From NCBI GenBank assembly GCA_963828465.1, contig CAWHEU010000018.1:256001-320000 (forward strand): a stretch of 64,000 bases of DNA, written 5' to 3'. Both the position numbers and the translations under genes were made by a program. Origin of the DNA: an uncultured Acidobacteriota bacterium. Its GTDB lineage: Bacteria; Actinomycetota; Acidimicrobiia; Spongiisociales; ZC4RG35. Shown one piece after another: positions 49,600 to 58,963 of this stretch. Under the pieces are notes generated by a model. It searched no databases. It saw only the letters and a list, made by a program, of their open reading frames with translations, and was not told the DNA's origin. How positions within the stretch are numbered: the stretch's first letter is position 1; each line of letters opens with the position of its first letter.

Positions 49600-52500
49600 T
49601 TAGACGGCGAGATCGATACCGACCGAGGTCATGTCCTTTCGGACTACCTGTGAGGACCCACCCGGCTCCATGGTGACCCCGTAGAGCACATCGGCCGCCT
49701 CCATGGTCTGCTGCTGATGGGTCACGATCAACAATTGCGCCCTCTGACGGAACTCATCCACGATGCGGAGGAAGCGCCGGAGATTGGCGTCGTCGAGAGC
49801 GGCCTCGACCTCGTCGAGCACGTAGAACGGGCTCGGCCTCGCCTCGAAGATGGAAAAGAGGAAAGCGAGAGCGGCCAGGCTCCGCTCCCCACCCGAGAGC
49901 AGGGTGAGCTGGCTGACCTTCTTGCCCAGCGGTTGCGCCTCGATCATCAACCCGGAATGGGCGTCGTCGGGGTCGGCGAGCCGGATCCGGCCCCTTCCGC
50001 CCGGGAAGAGCACCGTGAAGTAGCGCTGATATGCCTCCGCCACCTCGGTGAACGCCTCCTGGAAGCGCAGCTCGATCTCGTCCTCCAGCGCCCTGATCAC
50101 CTTGCGAAGCTCGAAGCGAGATGATTCAACATCGGCCAGTTGGTCGACCAGGAAAGTGTGCCGCTCGTCTAGCTCGGCGAACTCGTCGGCAGCCAGAGGA
50201 TTGATCGGGCCGAGCCGGCGAAGCTGAGCCGATCGCTCCTCGAGGATGGCGGGCAGATCGGCGTCATCTGGAAAGTCCGGGCGGAGGGCACCACGAGCCG
50301 CGTCGGCGTCAGAATCGGCATCACGGCGGACACTCTCGATGACACTCTCCTTCAGGAGACGCAACTCGGTTAGACGCACCTGAAGCGTGGCGAGTCTCTC
50401 GCGCGCCGCAGCCGCCGAAGTTCGTCGCTCTTCCATCTGGGAGCGCGCCTGAGACAGCTCGGTGACAGTGCCTTCATTCTCGGCGCGGAGACCTGCCTGT
50501 CGCTCACGCAGGGTCGCCAGCCTGCCTTGCAGGATTTCAACGGCGTCGCGGGCGTATCGATCGACGAGGTCGAGCCGCTCGACGGCGATCGGTGCCGGTT
50601 CCTCGCCATCGACACGAGCCAGGTCGGCCTCGATTCTGACTACCCGCTCCTCGAGCAGACGACGGCGCTCGGAGATCACCCCTTGCACCGAGGCCGCTTC
50701 CTGCCATTCGGACCTGGCGATCTCGCGATCGGCGGCGATCTGGATGCGCCGGCCCTCCAACTCTTCCCAAACCTTCATTCTCCCGGCTTCTTCTCCTTCG
50801 AGAGCCTCGAGACGCCCGGTGAGCTCGGCGATCTGCCTATTCCGCTCTGCTGCTCCCTCCTCGATCGAGCCGAGCCGCTCCTTGAGTCGGGCCCGTTCGC
50901 CTTCGAGGGCATCGACGGATTTCTGGAGCCGGCCCATGGCCTCGGCCCGTCCGGCCAGCGCCGCCTCGGCCGATTCGAGCTGCTCGAGGGCCGCCCGCTC
51001 CAGGTCGCGGCTCTTCTCGAAATCGCGCTTGGCGGCCGTGTGGATGGAGGATGCGCGGGAAAGGTCAGTCTTTGCCTGTTCCGCCGCCACCCGGGCCGTC
51101 TCGACCATCGCCGGCCCGGCGCCGTCGGGCTGGGCGATCTGGACACCATCGATCGACACCAGGTCGCCTTCGGGTGTCACCGCCCTCAGGGCCGGATGGC
51201 GGGCGACCAGGGCCAGCGCGGTCGCCCATCCCTCCACCAGGAGGACATCGCCGAGCAGATGGCGGGCCAAGCCAAGGTCAGCACGCGGTCCGAGCCGATC
51301 CACGAGGGCGTCCACGCCGGACGCCGCGGCGATCTCCGAAGCGGGCGCCGACCCACGGTTCACCGCCGACACGACCGGCACGCCGCCTCCTCCGGCAGCC
51401 TTGACCGTCTCCACCGCCTCCTTGAGCCGATCGACGCTCTGGAAGGCGACAGCGTCGGCCCAGCGCCCCAGAGCCGCGTCTACCGCCTTCTCCAATCCGG
51501 CCGGGATGTCGAGACGGGAGACGAGAGCCCCAAGCGCTCCATCCACGGTCTCCACCTTGCGTCGGGACTCGATGTCGAAACTGCCAGACATGGCGGCTTC
51601 CAGGGCGTCGACTCTGGCCTCGGTGGCAGCAACGGCCAATCTGGCTTCGGTGATCGCTTCCTCGGCCCCGGACCAGGCCTTCTGATCGGTCTCGCGCCGG
51701 CGACTCGCCTTCTGATAGCCCTGTTGGAACCCGGACACGTCCTCGTCGAGGGCACGAATTTCATCATTGATCCGCGAGATCTCGCCCGATTCGTCGCCGA
51801 GCTGCGAGTCGACGACGGCGAGCCTGCGATCGATGCCCTCCACCTCCCGGCTGTCGCGCACACCGGCAGCCTGGAGCACCGATAGCTCGCCACGCACTGC
51901 CGCCAGCGCTCCCTCCGGGGAGAGCGCATTCTGGGTGGCGATTGCCCGCTCCTCGTCTTCGAGACGTCTGAATCGAGCCTCCATGGCCTCCGCATGGCTG
52001 GTCGCCCCGGTCTCCGATGCGGTGACTCGCACGAGCTCGTCGACGATCCCGCCAAGCTCCGAACGAAGATCCGATCGGCGCTCGATCCCGGCCTGCCTCC
52101 TCCCGCTGACGGCACGGCTTCGCTCTTGGGCCACAGCTCCGAGACGTCGCAATCTCTCGACCGTTGTCTCGAGCCGGGCGGCTGCGCCGGTGTCGCGGTC
52201 GAGATCCATTCCGACCGTCGATGCCCGAGCCGTCAGGGCCTCGACGGATGCCGTCAGGACGCCCAACTCCGACTCATCGGATGCGATTTGACCGGTCAGT
52301 GTCTCCAGGGTGACGCTCCCGGCATCCATCTCGGTCTCGTAGGCATCAATGGCAATCCCGGCGAGGTACAGACTCAGATCGCGCACCTCGGATTTGAGCC
52401 CGTGATATCGCTCGGCCGCCCGCGCCTGACGGCGGAGGGGTCTCAACTGCCTTTCGATCTCCCCAATGAGGTCCTGGAGTCGGAGCACGTCCTCGTCGGT

Positions 52501-53058
52501 TCGTTCGAGACGGCGCTCGGCTTTCTCCTTGCGGCGGCGGTGTTTGAGGATGCCTGCTGCCTCCTCGATCACGGCCCTGTGGTCTTCGGGCGAGGCGTTG
52601 AGCACTTCGTCGACCTGACCCTGCCCGATGATCACATGCTGATGACGGCCCACGCCCGAGTCACTGAGCAGTTCCTGCACGTCGAGCAGCCTGCAGCCCA
52701 CGCCATTGATCTCGTAGTCGGACGAGCCATCCCGGTACAGACGACGGGTGAGGGCCACCTCATCGAGATCCAGGGGCAGCATCCGCTCGGCGTTGTCGAT
52801 GATCAAGGTTGCCTCGGCCCGATTCAACGCGGGGCGAGTTGCGGTGCCGGCGAAGACGACGTCCTCCATCTTCCCGGTCCGCAGCGACTTGGTGGACTGC
52901 GTACCCATCACCCAGGACAGAGCGTCGACCAGGTTGGATTTACCCGAACCGTTCGGGCCGACGACCACAGTCACCCCGGGCCGGAACTCGAGTCGGGTCC
53001 GGTCGGCGAAAGACTTGAAACCGACGAGCTTCAGTGACTTCAAATACACAGTAAACAC
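49600..53058 (-). CDS. smc: Chromosome segregation protein SMC (start may be GTG 53049)
   Basis: GFKSFAD, GPNGSGKSN, long coiled coils with hinge, LSGGE, LDEVEAALD. Confidence 0.97.
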   Translation of the reverse strand: MFTVYLKSLKLVGFKSFADRTRLEFRPGVTVVVGPNGSGKSNLVDALSWVMGTQSTKSLRTGKMEDVVFAGTATRPALNRAEATLIIDNAERMLPLDLDEVALTRRLYRDGSSDYEINGVGCRLLDVQELLSDSGVGRHQHVIIGQGQVDEVLNASPEDHRAVIEEAAGILKHRRRKEKAERRLERTDEDVLRLQDLIGEIERQLRPLRRQARAAERYHGLKSEVRDLSLYLAGIAIDAYETEMDAGSVTLETLTGQIASDESELGVLTASVEALTARASTVGMDLDRDTGAAARLETTVERLRRLGAVAQERSRAVSGRRQAGIERRSDLRSELGGIVDELVRVTASETGATSHAEAMEARFRRLEDEERAIATQNALSPEGALAAVRGELSVLQAAGVRDSREVEGIDRRLAVVDSQLGDESGEISRINDEIRALDEDVSGFQQGYQKASRRRETDQKAWSGAEEAITEARLAVAATEARVDALEAAMSGSFDIESRRKVETVDGALGALVSRLDIPAGLEKAVDAALGRWADAVAFQSVDRLKEAVETVKAAGGGGVPVVSAVNRGSAPASEIAAASGVDALVDRLGPRADLGLARHLLGDVLLVEGWATALALVARHPALRAVTPEGDLVSIDGVQIAQPDGAGPAMVETARVAAEQAKTDLSRASSIHTAAKRDFEKSRDLERAALEQLESAEAALAGRAEAMGRLQKSVDALEGERARLKERLGSIEEGAAERNRQIAELTGRLEALEGEEAGRMKVWEELEGRRIQIAADREIARSEWQEAASVQGVISERRRLLEERVVRIEADLARVDGEEPAPIAVERLDLVDRYARDAVEILQGRLATLRERQAGLRAENEGTVTELSQARSQMEERRTSAAAARERLATLQVRLTELRLLKESVIESVRRDADSDADAARGALRPDFPDDADLPAILEERSAQLRRLGPINPLAADEFAELDERHTFLVDQLADVESSRFELRKVIRALEDEIELRFQEAFTEVAEAYQRYFTVLFPGGRGRIRLADPDDAHSGLMIEAQPLGKKVSQLTLLSGGERSLAALAFLFSIFEARPSPFYVLDEVEAALDDANLRRFLRIVDEFRQRAQLLIVTHQQQTMEAADVLYGVTMEPGGSSQVVRKDMTSVGIDLAV

Positions 53059-53112
53059 CTGGCAAATGACACGACTGTGATTACCCGGAGCAGGCTAACA
53101 GCGGCCTCTTGC

Positions 53113-53406
53113 CTAGTCGCTCTTCATCGGGTTCGGGTAGATGAAGAAGTCACGCAAGGTCAGATCGGGGGCCACCGCGTCAGATTCCACACCGGTCACG
53201 ACCGCCATCGATGGTCCGGCCCACAGCCAGCCAATGAGCCGATCGACGTCATCGGCGGGCCCCTGGGCGAAGACCTCCACCCGGCCGTCGGCGACGTTCC
53301 TGACCCAGCCCACGAGACCAAGCGAGCGCGCCATCTGCCGGCAGCCCTGGCGGTATCCGACCTGTTGCACCTGCCCTGAGACATAGGCATGGACCGCCTT
53401 GATCAA
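53113..53406 (-). CDS. acyP: Acylphosphatase
   Basis: VSGQVQQVGYR, GWVRNVADGRVE, GP. Confidence 0.9.
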   Translation of the reverse strand: MIKAVHAYVSGQVQQVGYRQGCRQMARSLGLVGWVRNVADGRVEVFAQGPADDVDRLIGWLWAGPSMAVVTGVESDAVAPDLTLRDFFIYPNPMKSD

Positions 53407-54245
53407 GCTCGCTCCGGCTGACAGTTGGGACAGAAATGACTGGATCTAGCCCTGATGACGATGCGTTGGATAGGCGTGCCGCAGTTGGGACAGGGCAGGT
53501 CGGTTCGGCCATAGACCCGCAACCGATCGAGGTTCTCCCCCGCCCGCCCATCGGGTAAGAGATATGCCAGGTCGTCGAGGCTCGTCCCGCCATTGTCGAT
53601 GGCATCGCCCAGAACGCTGCGGGTGGCTTGCAATAGCCGTGTCAACTCGGCTTCCGACAAGTCACCGCCGGGCCGCATCGGATGTATCCCGGCCATATGC
53701 AGCGCCTCATCGGCATAGATGTTTCCCAAGCCGGAGACAATGACCTGGTCGAGCAACAGCGCCTTGACCGGAGCGGTCCTCCTGGCGAGGGCGGCAGTCA
53801 GGTCTTCGGCCGATGGCGTGTTGTCCCAGGCATCGGGCCCGACACGGGACAGGCCCGAGCCTTCCATCTCATCACCGGTCACGACTGCTATGAAGCCGAA
53901 GGTGCGGGGATCGATGAAGCGGACCTCGCGTCCGTTGTCCAGCGTCGCCCGGAAGTGAGTGTGAGCCGGTTCGACTTCAGTCGGGTCGCCGATGCTGAAC
54001 CGACCGGACATCCCCAGGTGGGCGACGAGGGTCTGCCCATCATCGAGTGGCGCCGCCAAGAACTTCCCCTTTCGACCCACCCCGAGCACCGTCCGCCCTT
54101 CGAGCCGTTCATCGATCTCGGTCTCGCCACCTGCGTTGTTCCGGGCGGTCCGGGGATGAGTGGTGCGGACGTGAGTCAGCCGGCGACCTTTCATCGCATC
54201 GTCCAGATGGCGCCGGGTGATCTCCACTTCTGGCAACTCGGGCAA
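53403..54245 (-). CDS. mutM: Formamidopyrimidine-DNA glycosylase
   Basis: PELPEVE, RKGK, HLGMSG, DPRTFG, GLGNIYADE, C-terminal zinc finger CPNC...CPNCQ. Confidence 0.97.
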   Translation of the reverse strand: MPELPEVEITRRHLDDAMKGRRLTHVRTTHPRTARNNAGGETEIDERLEGRTVLGVGRKGKFLAAPLDDGQTLVAHLGMSGRFSIGDPTEVEPAHTHFRATLDNGREVRFIDPRTFGFIAVVTGDEMEGSGLSRVGPDAWDNTPSAEDLTAALARRTAPVKALLLDQVIVSGLGNIYADEALHMAGIHPMRPGGDLSEAELTRLLQATRSVLGDAIDNGGTSLDDLAYLLPDGRAGENLDRLRVYGRTDLPCPNCGTPIQRIVIRARSSHFCPNCQPERA

Positions 54246-54286
54246 GCTCGGCTCCGGGTCGAGGGCTGGTTACCGTACCCGGGCCC

Positions 54287-55093
54287 ATGGAGATAACCCC
54301 CAGGCCGTTTGGTGAGATCCTCGCCGAGGGCATGGCGATGCTCGGCCGGGTCTGGAAGCGAATCCTGGCTCCCGCCTTCTGGACATTCGTGCTCCTTGGC
54401 GCCGCCACCATCGCTGGCTTCGCTCTCACCGGAGCCGATGACATCCTCCAGCTGATCCTGAGCGACCCTCAGGCGCTGGTCGGGATGACCGACACCGAGA
54501 TCACCGAGGCCGGGCTCCTACTTCTGCAGGCAGGCTCGATCGTGCTCGTCTTTCAGCTGCTTGGCACCGGTTTCCTCAACCTGACCGTGCACCGCATCGT
54601 GGCTTCCGAGCTCGCCGGCGAGCACATGGGCGCAGGAGCGGCATCCTCGAAGGCACTCTCGAGGTTGTTCACACTGATCTTGGCCGGGATCCTCGCCGTC
54701 GTTCTGGTCGTCCTGGGACTGTTCGCCCTGATCATCCCCGGCCTGTGGCTTGCCGGCACGTTCAGCATGATTTCAGCCGTCGTCGCCTTGGAGGACGTGG
54801 GCCCGGTCGATGCCCTCCGCAGGAGCTTCGCGTTAGTGCGCGGCCGATGGTGGCCAACGGTCGGGTTCCTCCTTCTCGTCGGTCTCTTCGGGTCGCTTGC
54901 CGCCCAACTAGTTCAGCTCGTGGCCCTTCCCATCGTCGGTGCCGGCGACGTCGGTCTCGGTGCAGGGCTGGGCTTCGTGGTTCTCGTCGTCGCCCAGGGC
55001 TTCGTCGTGGCCGCCATCTCAGTGATGGTGACTCTCTGGTATTTGGATCTCAGGTCCCGGAAAGAGCCTCTCGTCACCGAGAGTCTGCGATGA
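54287..55093 (+). CDS. Multi-pass membrane protein (GDPD-membrane-domain-like)
   Basis: About 6 TM helices; ALRRSFALVRGRWW, YLDLRSRKE. Confidence 0.8.
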   Translation: MEITPRPFGEILAEGMAMLGRVWKRILAPAFWTFVLLGAATIAGFALTGADDILQLILSDPQALVGMTDTEITEAGLLLLQAGSIVLVFQLLGTGFLNLTVHRIVASELAGEHMGAGAASSKALSRLFTLILAGILAVVLVVLGLFALIIPGLWLAGTFSMISAVVALEDVGPVDALRRSFALVRGRWWPTVGFLLLVGLFGSLAAQLVQLVALPIVGAGDVGLGAGLGFVVLVVAQGFVVAAISVMVTLWYLDLRSRKEPLVTESLR

Positions 55094-55748
55094 GTCTCTC
55101 CAAGGCCTGCTCCGCTGCGCCCTGCTCCGCTTCCTTCTTGGACCGACCAGACCCCGAACCCAGGGCCATGCCGTCCACCTCGACATTGGCAACGAATGTC
55201 CGCTCGTGATCGGGGCCGGAGCCGTCCGTTAGGTACTCGGGGCGTTTGCCGTCCCTGGCCAGCACCTCCTGGAGACGGGTCTTGTAGTCCTTGAGCCCGG
55301 GGCGCTCTGCTCGCTCGCCGATACGGCTGCCCCAGAGACGCAGAACCAGATCGGTTGCGCTCTCGAGCCCGGAATCGAGGTAGACCGCCCCGATCACGGC
55401 TTCGAGCGCATCGGCCATGATGGAATCCTTGTCCCGGCCTCCGGTCCGCTCCTCGGCCAGCGTCAGCTCGATGTGATCGCTCAGGCCGAAGCTCCGGGCA
55501 ACGTCGGCTAGCACCGGCCTGCTGACAAGGCCCGCCCTTACCTTCGCCAGGTTTCCCTCCGGGAGATCGGTGTAGGTGTTGTATAGGTGGCCCGTTATCG
55601 CCAATTGCAAGACTGCGTCACCCAGGAACTCGAGGCGCTCATTGTCGTGTCTCGTGCCGTCCTCGCTGCTGACGGAGCGATGGGTGAGCGACAGTTTCAG
55701 CAGCAGAGGATCGGAGAACGTGTAGCCGAGCTGATCTTCCAGGGTCAT
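55074..55748 (-). CDS. rnc: Ribonuclease III
   Basis: NERLEFLGDAVL, DALEAVIGA, dsRBD DYKTRLQE...SKKEAEQ. Confidence 0.97.
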   Translation of the reverse strand: MTLEDQLGYTFSDPLLLKLSLTHRSVSSEDGTRHDNERLEFLGDAVLQLAITGHLYNTYTDLPEGNLAKVRAGLVSRPVLADVARSFGLSDHIELTLAEERTGGRDKDSIMADALEAVIGAVYLDSGLESATDLVLRLWGSRIGERAERPGLKDYKTRLQEVLARDGKRPEYLTDGSGPDHERTFVANVEVDGMALGSGSGRSKKEAEQGAAEQALERLIADSR

Positions 55749-56719
55749 CAGGAGCCGAGACGAGCAGCCAGCAGACCGGGGAGATCGTTCTTGGCGGCCT
55801 CGGCTGCCATCACGAGGGCGTTGGCGATGGCCACCCGGTTCGATCTGCCGTGGGCGATCACGACGACTCCTTTCACTCCTAGGAGTTGAGCGCCCCCGTA
55901 GGTCTCGTAGTCGAGACGGCGCCTCACCTCGCCGAGGGCGGGCAAAACGGACTCCTGGACGTCGGGATCGAGCTCCGAGATTGCCTCCAACGAGTACATC
56001 ACCATCACCTTGGCCGCCCCCTCCATCGTCTTGAGGAAGATGTTGCCCGTGAAGCCATCGGTGACGATGACATCCGACTTGTCCTCGGCGACATCGCGTC
56101 CTTCGAGGTTCCCGACGAATCTGATCGGGGCCTGTTCGAGAAGGTCGTACGCCTCCTTTTCGAGGTCCCGGCCCTTTCCCTTCTCCTCACCGATGTTGAG
56201 CAGGCCGACTCTCGGGTTCTCCGCACCGAGCAGGATCTCGGCGGCAACCGAGCCCATGATGGCGAACTGGACGAGTTGCTCCGGTTTCACATCGGTGTTG
56301 GCCCCCGAGTCGAGGACGATGGTGGGGCTGCCGGGGGTGGGGAAGATCGATGCAATCGAGGGCCTTGCTACACCGCTTATCCGCCCGATATGCACAGCCG
56401 CAGCCGCCATAGCGGCTCCTGTGGAGCCGGCGGACACCATTCCATCGGCGTTGCCCTCATCCACGAGCTTGGCCGCCACGTTTATGGAGGCACCCGGCTT
56501 CTCACGGAGGGCGCGAGCCGGGTCGTCCCCCATCGCGATCACCTCTGGGGCGTCGACTATGGGAAGACTGGTTTCGTGCTTGGCGAGCTGGGCCTCGAGC
56601 ACTTGGGGGAGGCCCACGAGGACCACGTCGACCCCGCGGATGGCCGCATCGACCGCGCCGGAAACTGTCTCTTCAGGGGCGTTGTCGCCCCCCATAGCGT
56701 CGAGGGCGATCCGGGCCAA
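55748..56719 (-). CDS. plsX: Phosphate acyltransferase PlsX
   Basis: IALDAMGGDNAP, SAGSTGA, LDSGAN, LNIGEEKGKG, DGFTGN..LKT.EG, IAHG. Confidence 0.96.
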   Translation of the reverse strand: MARIALDAMGGDNAPEETVSGAVDAAIRGVDVVLVGLPQVLEAQLAKHETSLPIVDAPEVIAMGDDPARALREKPGASINVAAKLVDEGNADGMVSAGSTGAAMAAAAVHIGRISGVARPSIASIFPTPGSPTIVLDSGANTDVKPEQLVQFAIMGSVAAEILLGAENPRVGLLNIGEEKGKGRDLEKEAYDLLEQAPIRFVGNLEGRDVAEDKSDVIVTDGFTGNIFLKTMEGAAKVMVMYSLEAISELDPDVQESVLPALGEVRRRLDYETYGGAQLLGVKGVVVIAHGRSNRVAIANALVMAAEAAKNDLPGLLAARLGS

Positions 56720-56722
56720 GGC

Positions 56723-56899
56723 TCAGGAAGCCTCGATTACCTCGCGGCCGCCATAGGTGCCGCACTCCCGGCAGGCGCGATGGGGCAGCTTGGGCTTGCC
56801 GCATTGTTCGCAGGCAACTGAGGTCGGGCGGGATACCTTCCACGCCGATTTTCGCTGCCTGGTCCGCGAACGCGACATTTTCTTCTTGGGCACCGCCAT
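56723..56899 (-). CDS. rpmF: 50S ribosomal protein L32 (Zn-ribbon form; not in ORF track)
   Basis: Manual translation MAVPKKKMSRSRTRQRKSAWKVSRPTSVACEQCGKPKLPHRACRECGTYGGREVIEAS. Confidence 0.96.
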   Translation of the reverse strand: MAVPKKKMSRSRTRQRKSAWKVSRPTSVACEQCGKPKLPHRACRECGTYGGREVIEAS

Positions 56900-56915
56900 T
56901 TGGTGCTCTCCTTGG

Positions 56916-57407
56916 TCAGGGCTCGAGCAGATCTTTCAGGGTGGCGAAGGGTGAGTCGGAATCATCCCCGTGGCCTCCGCAAGGTTCACTATTCAAGTCG
57001 GTTCCACAGGTTGGGCAAAGTCCCAAACAGTCCTGCCTGCACAAGGGTTTCGCCGGCAGCGCCAGTGCCAACTCGTCGCGGGCCGGCCCGGAGACGTCGA
57101 CCTCGTCGTCGACGATGGCGTAGCCATCTTCGTCGGGCATCGTGCGGAAGTACTGCTTGGCCGCCACCGTGACCGCGCCATCCCAGTCGGTGAGACACCG
57201 CGTGCATGTGAAATGGCCCGTTGCCGTGACGTCGAACTCTGCCTCGACGGCGTCAATGAGGCCGACCACCCGGCCGGAAACGGTCATTGGCCCGTCGACA
57301 CGGGAATCGCCGAAATCGAGGCTCACCGGAGACGTTCCCTTGAACGGCCGCTCCTTCCCAGGCGACCCGATCAGGTCGCCAACCGGGACCACGAGATCGT
57401 GACTCAT
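56916..57407 (-). CDS. yceD: DUF177/YceD family protein
   Basis: CTRCL...LCRQDCLGLCPTCG; upstream of rpmF. Confidence 0.92.
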   Translation of the reverse strand: MSHDLVVPVGDLIGSPGKERPFKGTSPVSLDFGDSRVDGPMTVSGRVVGLIDAVEAEFDVTATGHFTCTRCLTDWDGAVTVAAKQYFRTMPDEDGYAIVDDEVDVSGPARDELALALPAKPLCRQDCLGLCPTCGTDLNSEPCGGHGDDSDSPFATLKDLLEP

Positions 57408-57408
57408 C

Positions 57409-57951
57409 TCAGAGCGGGACGTCGGGGGGCTTGGGACGCGCCTCGTGTAGCTCGTCCCGCGCATCCTGTATCTGGTCGAGGATCTGGTTGAGAATCAGCT
57501 CGAGGCGCTGGAGCTTCCGCTCGATCTCGTCTTCGGTCTCGAGCCGGAGACGGCGGGCCTCCCCTTCGGCGCGTCGCACCAGGATGTTCGCCTCTTCAAC
57601 CGCCTCGGCCATGATGTTCGAGTCTGAGACCAGCTCGTCGGCTTCCTTCCGGGCGCGATCGACGATCTCGCGAGCCTTCTCATTGGTGCGGGCGATGAAT
57701 GCCTCGCGCTCACGGACCATCCACCTCGCAGCCCGCAGCTCGTCCGGCAGGTCGGCGCGGATCTTCTCCAGCATCCCGAGGAACTGCTCCCTGTCGACCA
57801 TGGCATTGCCGGACAGGGGAACGTTCTTCGCCTCGTGCAGGTAGACGATCAGGTCGTCGACCGTGTCCTGAAGGTCGCTCAGCTCGGCCCGACTCTCCTG
57901 CTCGACCGGCTCGATCGCCTCGGCTAGCGGGGCTTCCTGCTCGTCGGTCAT
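57409..57951 (-). CDS. SepIVA/DivIVA-like coiled-coil protein
   Basis: EAKNVPLSGNAMVDREQ...LPDELRAARW then coiled coil; conserved slot between coaD and yceD. Confidence 0.8.
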   Translation of the reverse strand: MTDEQEAPLAEAIEPVEQESRAELSDLQDTVDDLIVYLHEAKNVPLSGNAMVDREQFLGMLEKIRADLPDELRAARWMVREREAFIARTNEKAREIVDRARKEADELVSDSNIMAEAVEEANILVRRAEGEARRLRLETEDEIERKLQRLELILNQILDQIQDARDELHEARPKPPDVPL

Positions 57952-58415
57952 GTCAGACGCTCCTGGAGGGCTTTTTCGACGGCACTTGGTACCAGACCGT
58001 CGATCGATCCGCCCAGTTTGGCAACTTCCTTGACCAGGGACGACGAGATAAAGCTCCAATCGGACTTGGTAGCCATGAACACGGTCTCCATCCCGGAGAG
58101 GTTCCGGTTCATCTGTGACATCTGCATCTCGTACTCGTAGTCGTCGACGGTCCGCAGGCCCTTCACCACCACGTCGGCACCCACTTCGGCGGCATATTCG
58201 ACGAGGAGACCCGAGAACGATCCGATCTCCGCACGCCCACCGAAGAGCTCCTCGAGCAACGAAATACGCTCCTCGATCGAGAACAGCGACTCCTTCGAAG
58301 GGTTGTCCACGACCGAAACCACCACCCGGTCAAAGGCAGCGATGGCCCGCTCGATTACATCCACATGCCCGTTGGTCGGTGGGTCGAAGCTCCCGGGACA
58401 GAGTGCGGTGGTCAT
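57948..58415 (-). CDS. coaD: Phosphopantetheine adenylyltransferase
   Basis: PGSFDPPTNGH, KGLR...DYEYE, ISSSLVKE. Confidence 0.97.
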   Translation of the reverse strand: MTTALCPGSFDPPTNGHVDVIERAIAAFDRVVVSVVDNPSKESLFSIEERISLLEELFGGRAEIGSFSGLLVEYAAEVGADVVVKGLRTVDDYEYEMQMSQMNRNLSGMETVFMATKSDWSFISSSLVKEVAKLGGSIDGLVPSAVEKALQERLT

Positions 58416-58960
58416 ACGGCTTCAGCTTCCTTTTCGTACCGGAGGATTCTGGTATCCCCGTAGCGCCTATCGGTGGCAACGCTCCAGTTTGGCGGCGCCT
58501 CCGGGATGGTGTCGGTGTGACGTCTGGAGAGGATCACCTCGGCCCTGGCCGCCAATAGCCGCTCGAGGGCGCTCAGATCGGTGGCCAGAACTGACGATGC
58601 CATGTCCCACGGCGGGTCGATGAACACCAGATCGAACTCGCCGCTGGAGCGTTCGAGGAATTCCCGGACCTTGGAAGTCACCAACGTGCCACCCAGACCA
58701 ACTCCTTTGATGTTCTGTCTCAGGGCCTCGAGTGCCCGGTTGCCGCTCTCGACGAAGGTGGCCGCAGCGGCACCCCGGGACAGGGCTTCGAGTCCGAAAG
58801 ACCCGGATCCGGCGTACAGGTCCAGCACAGTGGCCTCCTCGACCCAGCCTCCGATCATCGAGAACACCGCCTCCCTCGCTCGGTCGGTGACGGGCCTCGT
58901 AGCCGGAGTGTCGGGGGCGACAAGCCGTCTCCCCTTCGCCTTGCCACTGATGATTCGCAT
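58412..58960 (-). CDS. rsmD: 16S rRNA (guanine966-N2)-methyltransferase
   Basis: MRIISG, TRPVTDRAREA, LDLYAGSG, DPP, YGDT. Confidence 0.95.
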   Translation of the reverse strand: MRIISGKAKGRRLVAPDTPATRPVTDRAREAVFSMIGGWVEEATVLDLYAGSGSFGLEALSRGAAAATFVESGNRALEALRQNIKGVGLGGTLVTSKVREFLERSSGEFDLVFIDPPWDMASSVLATDLSALERLLAARAEVILSRRHTDTIPEAPPNWSVATDRRYGDTRILRYEKEAEAV

Positions 58961-58963
58961 CGC

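Noticed and set aside
50462-53037. Long plus-strand ORFs (407, 452, 347 aa) opposite smc, and similar antisense ORFs elsewhere
   Set aside because: Shadow ORFs expected from high-GC codon bias; no recognisable motifs or start signals
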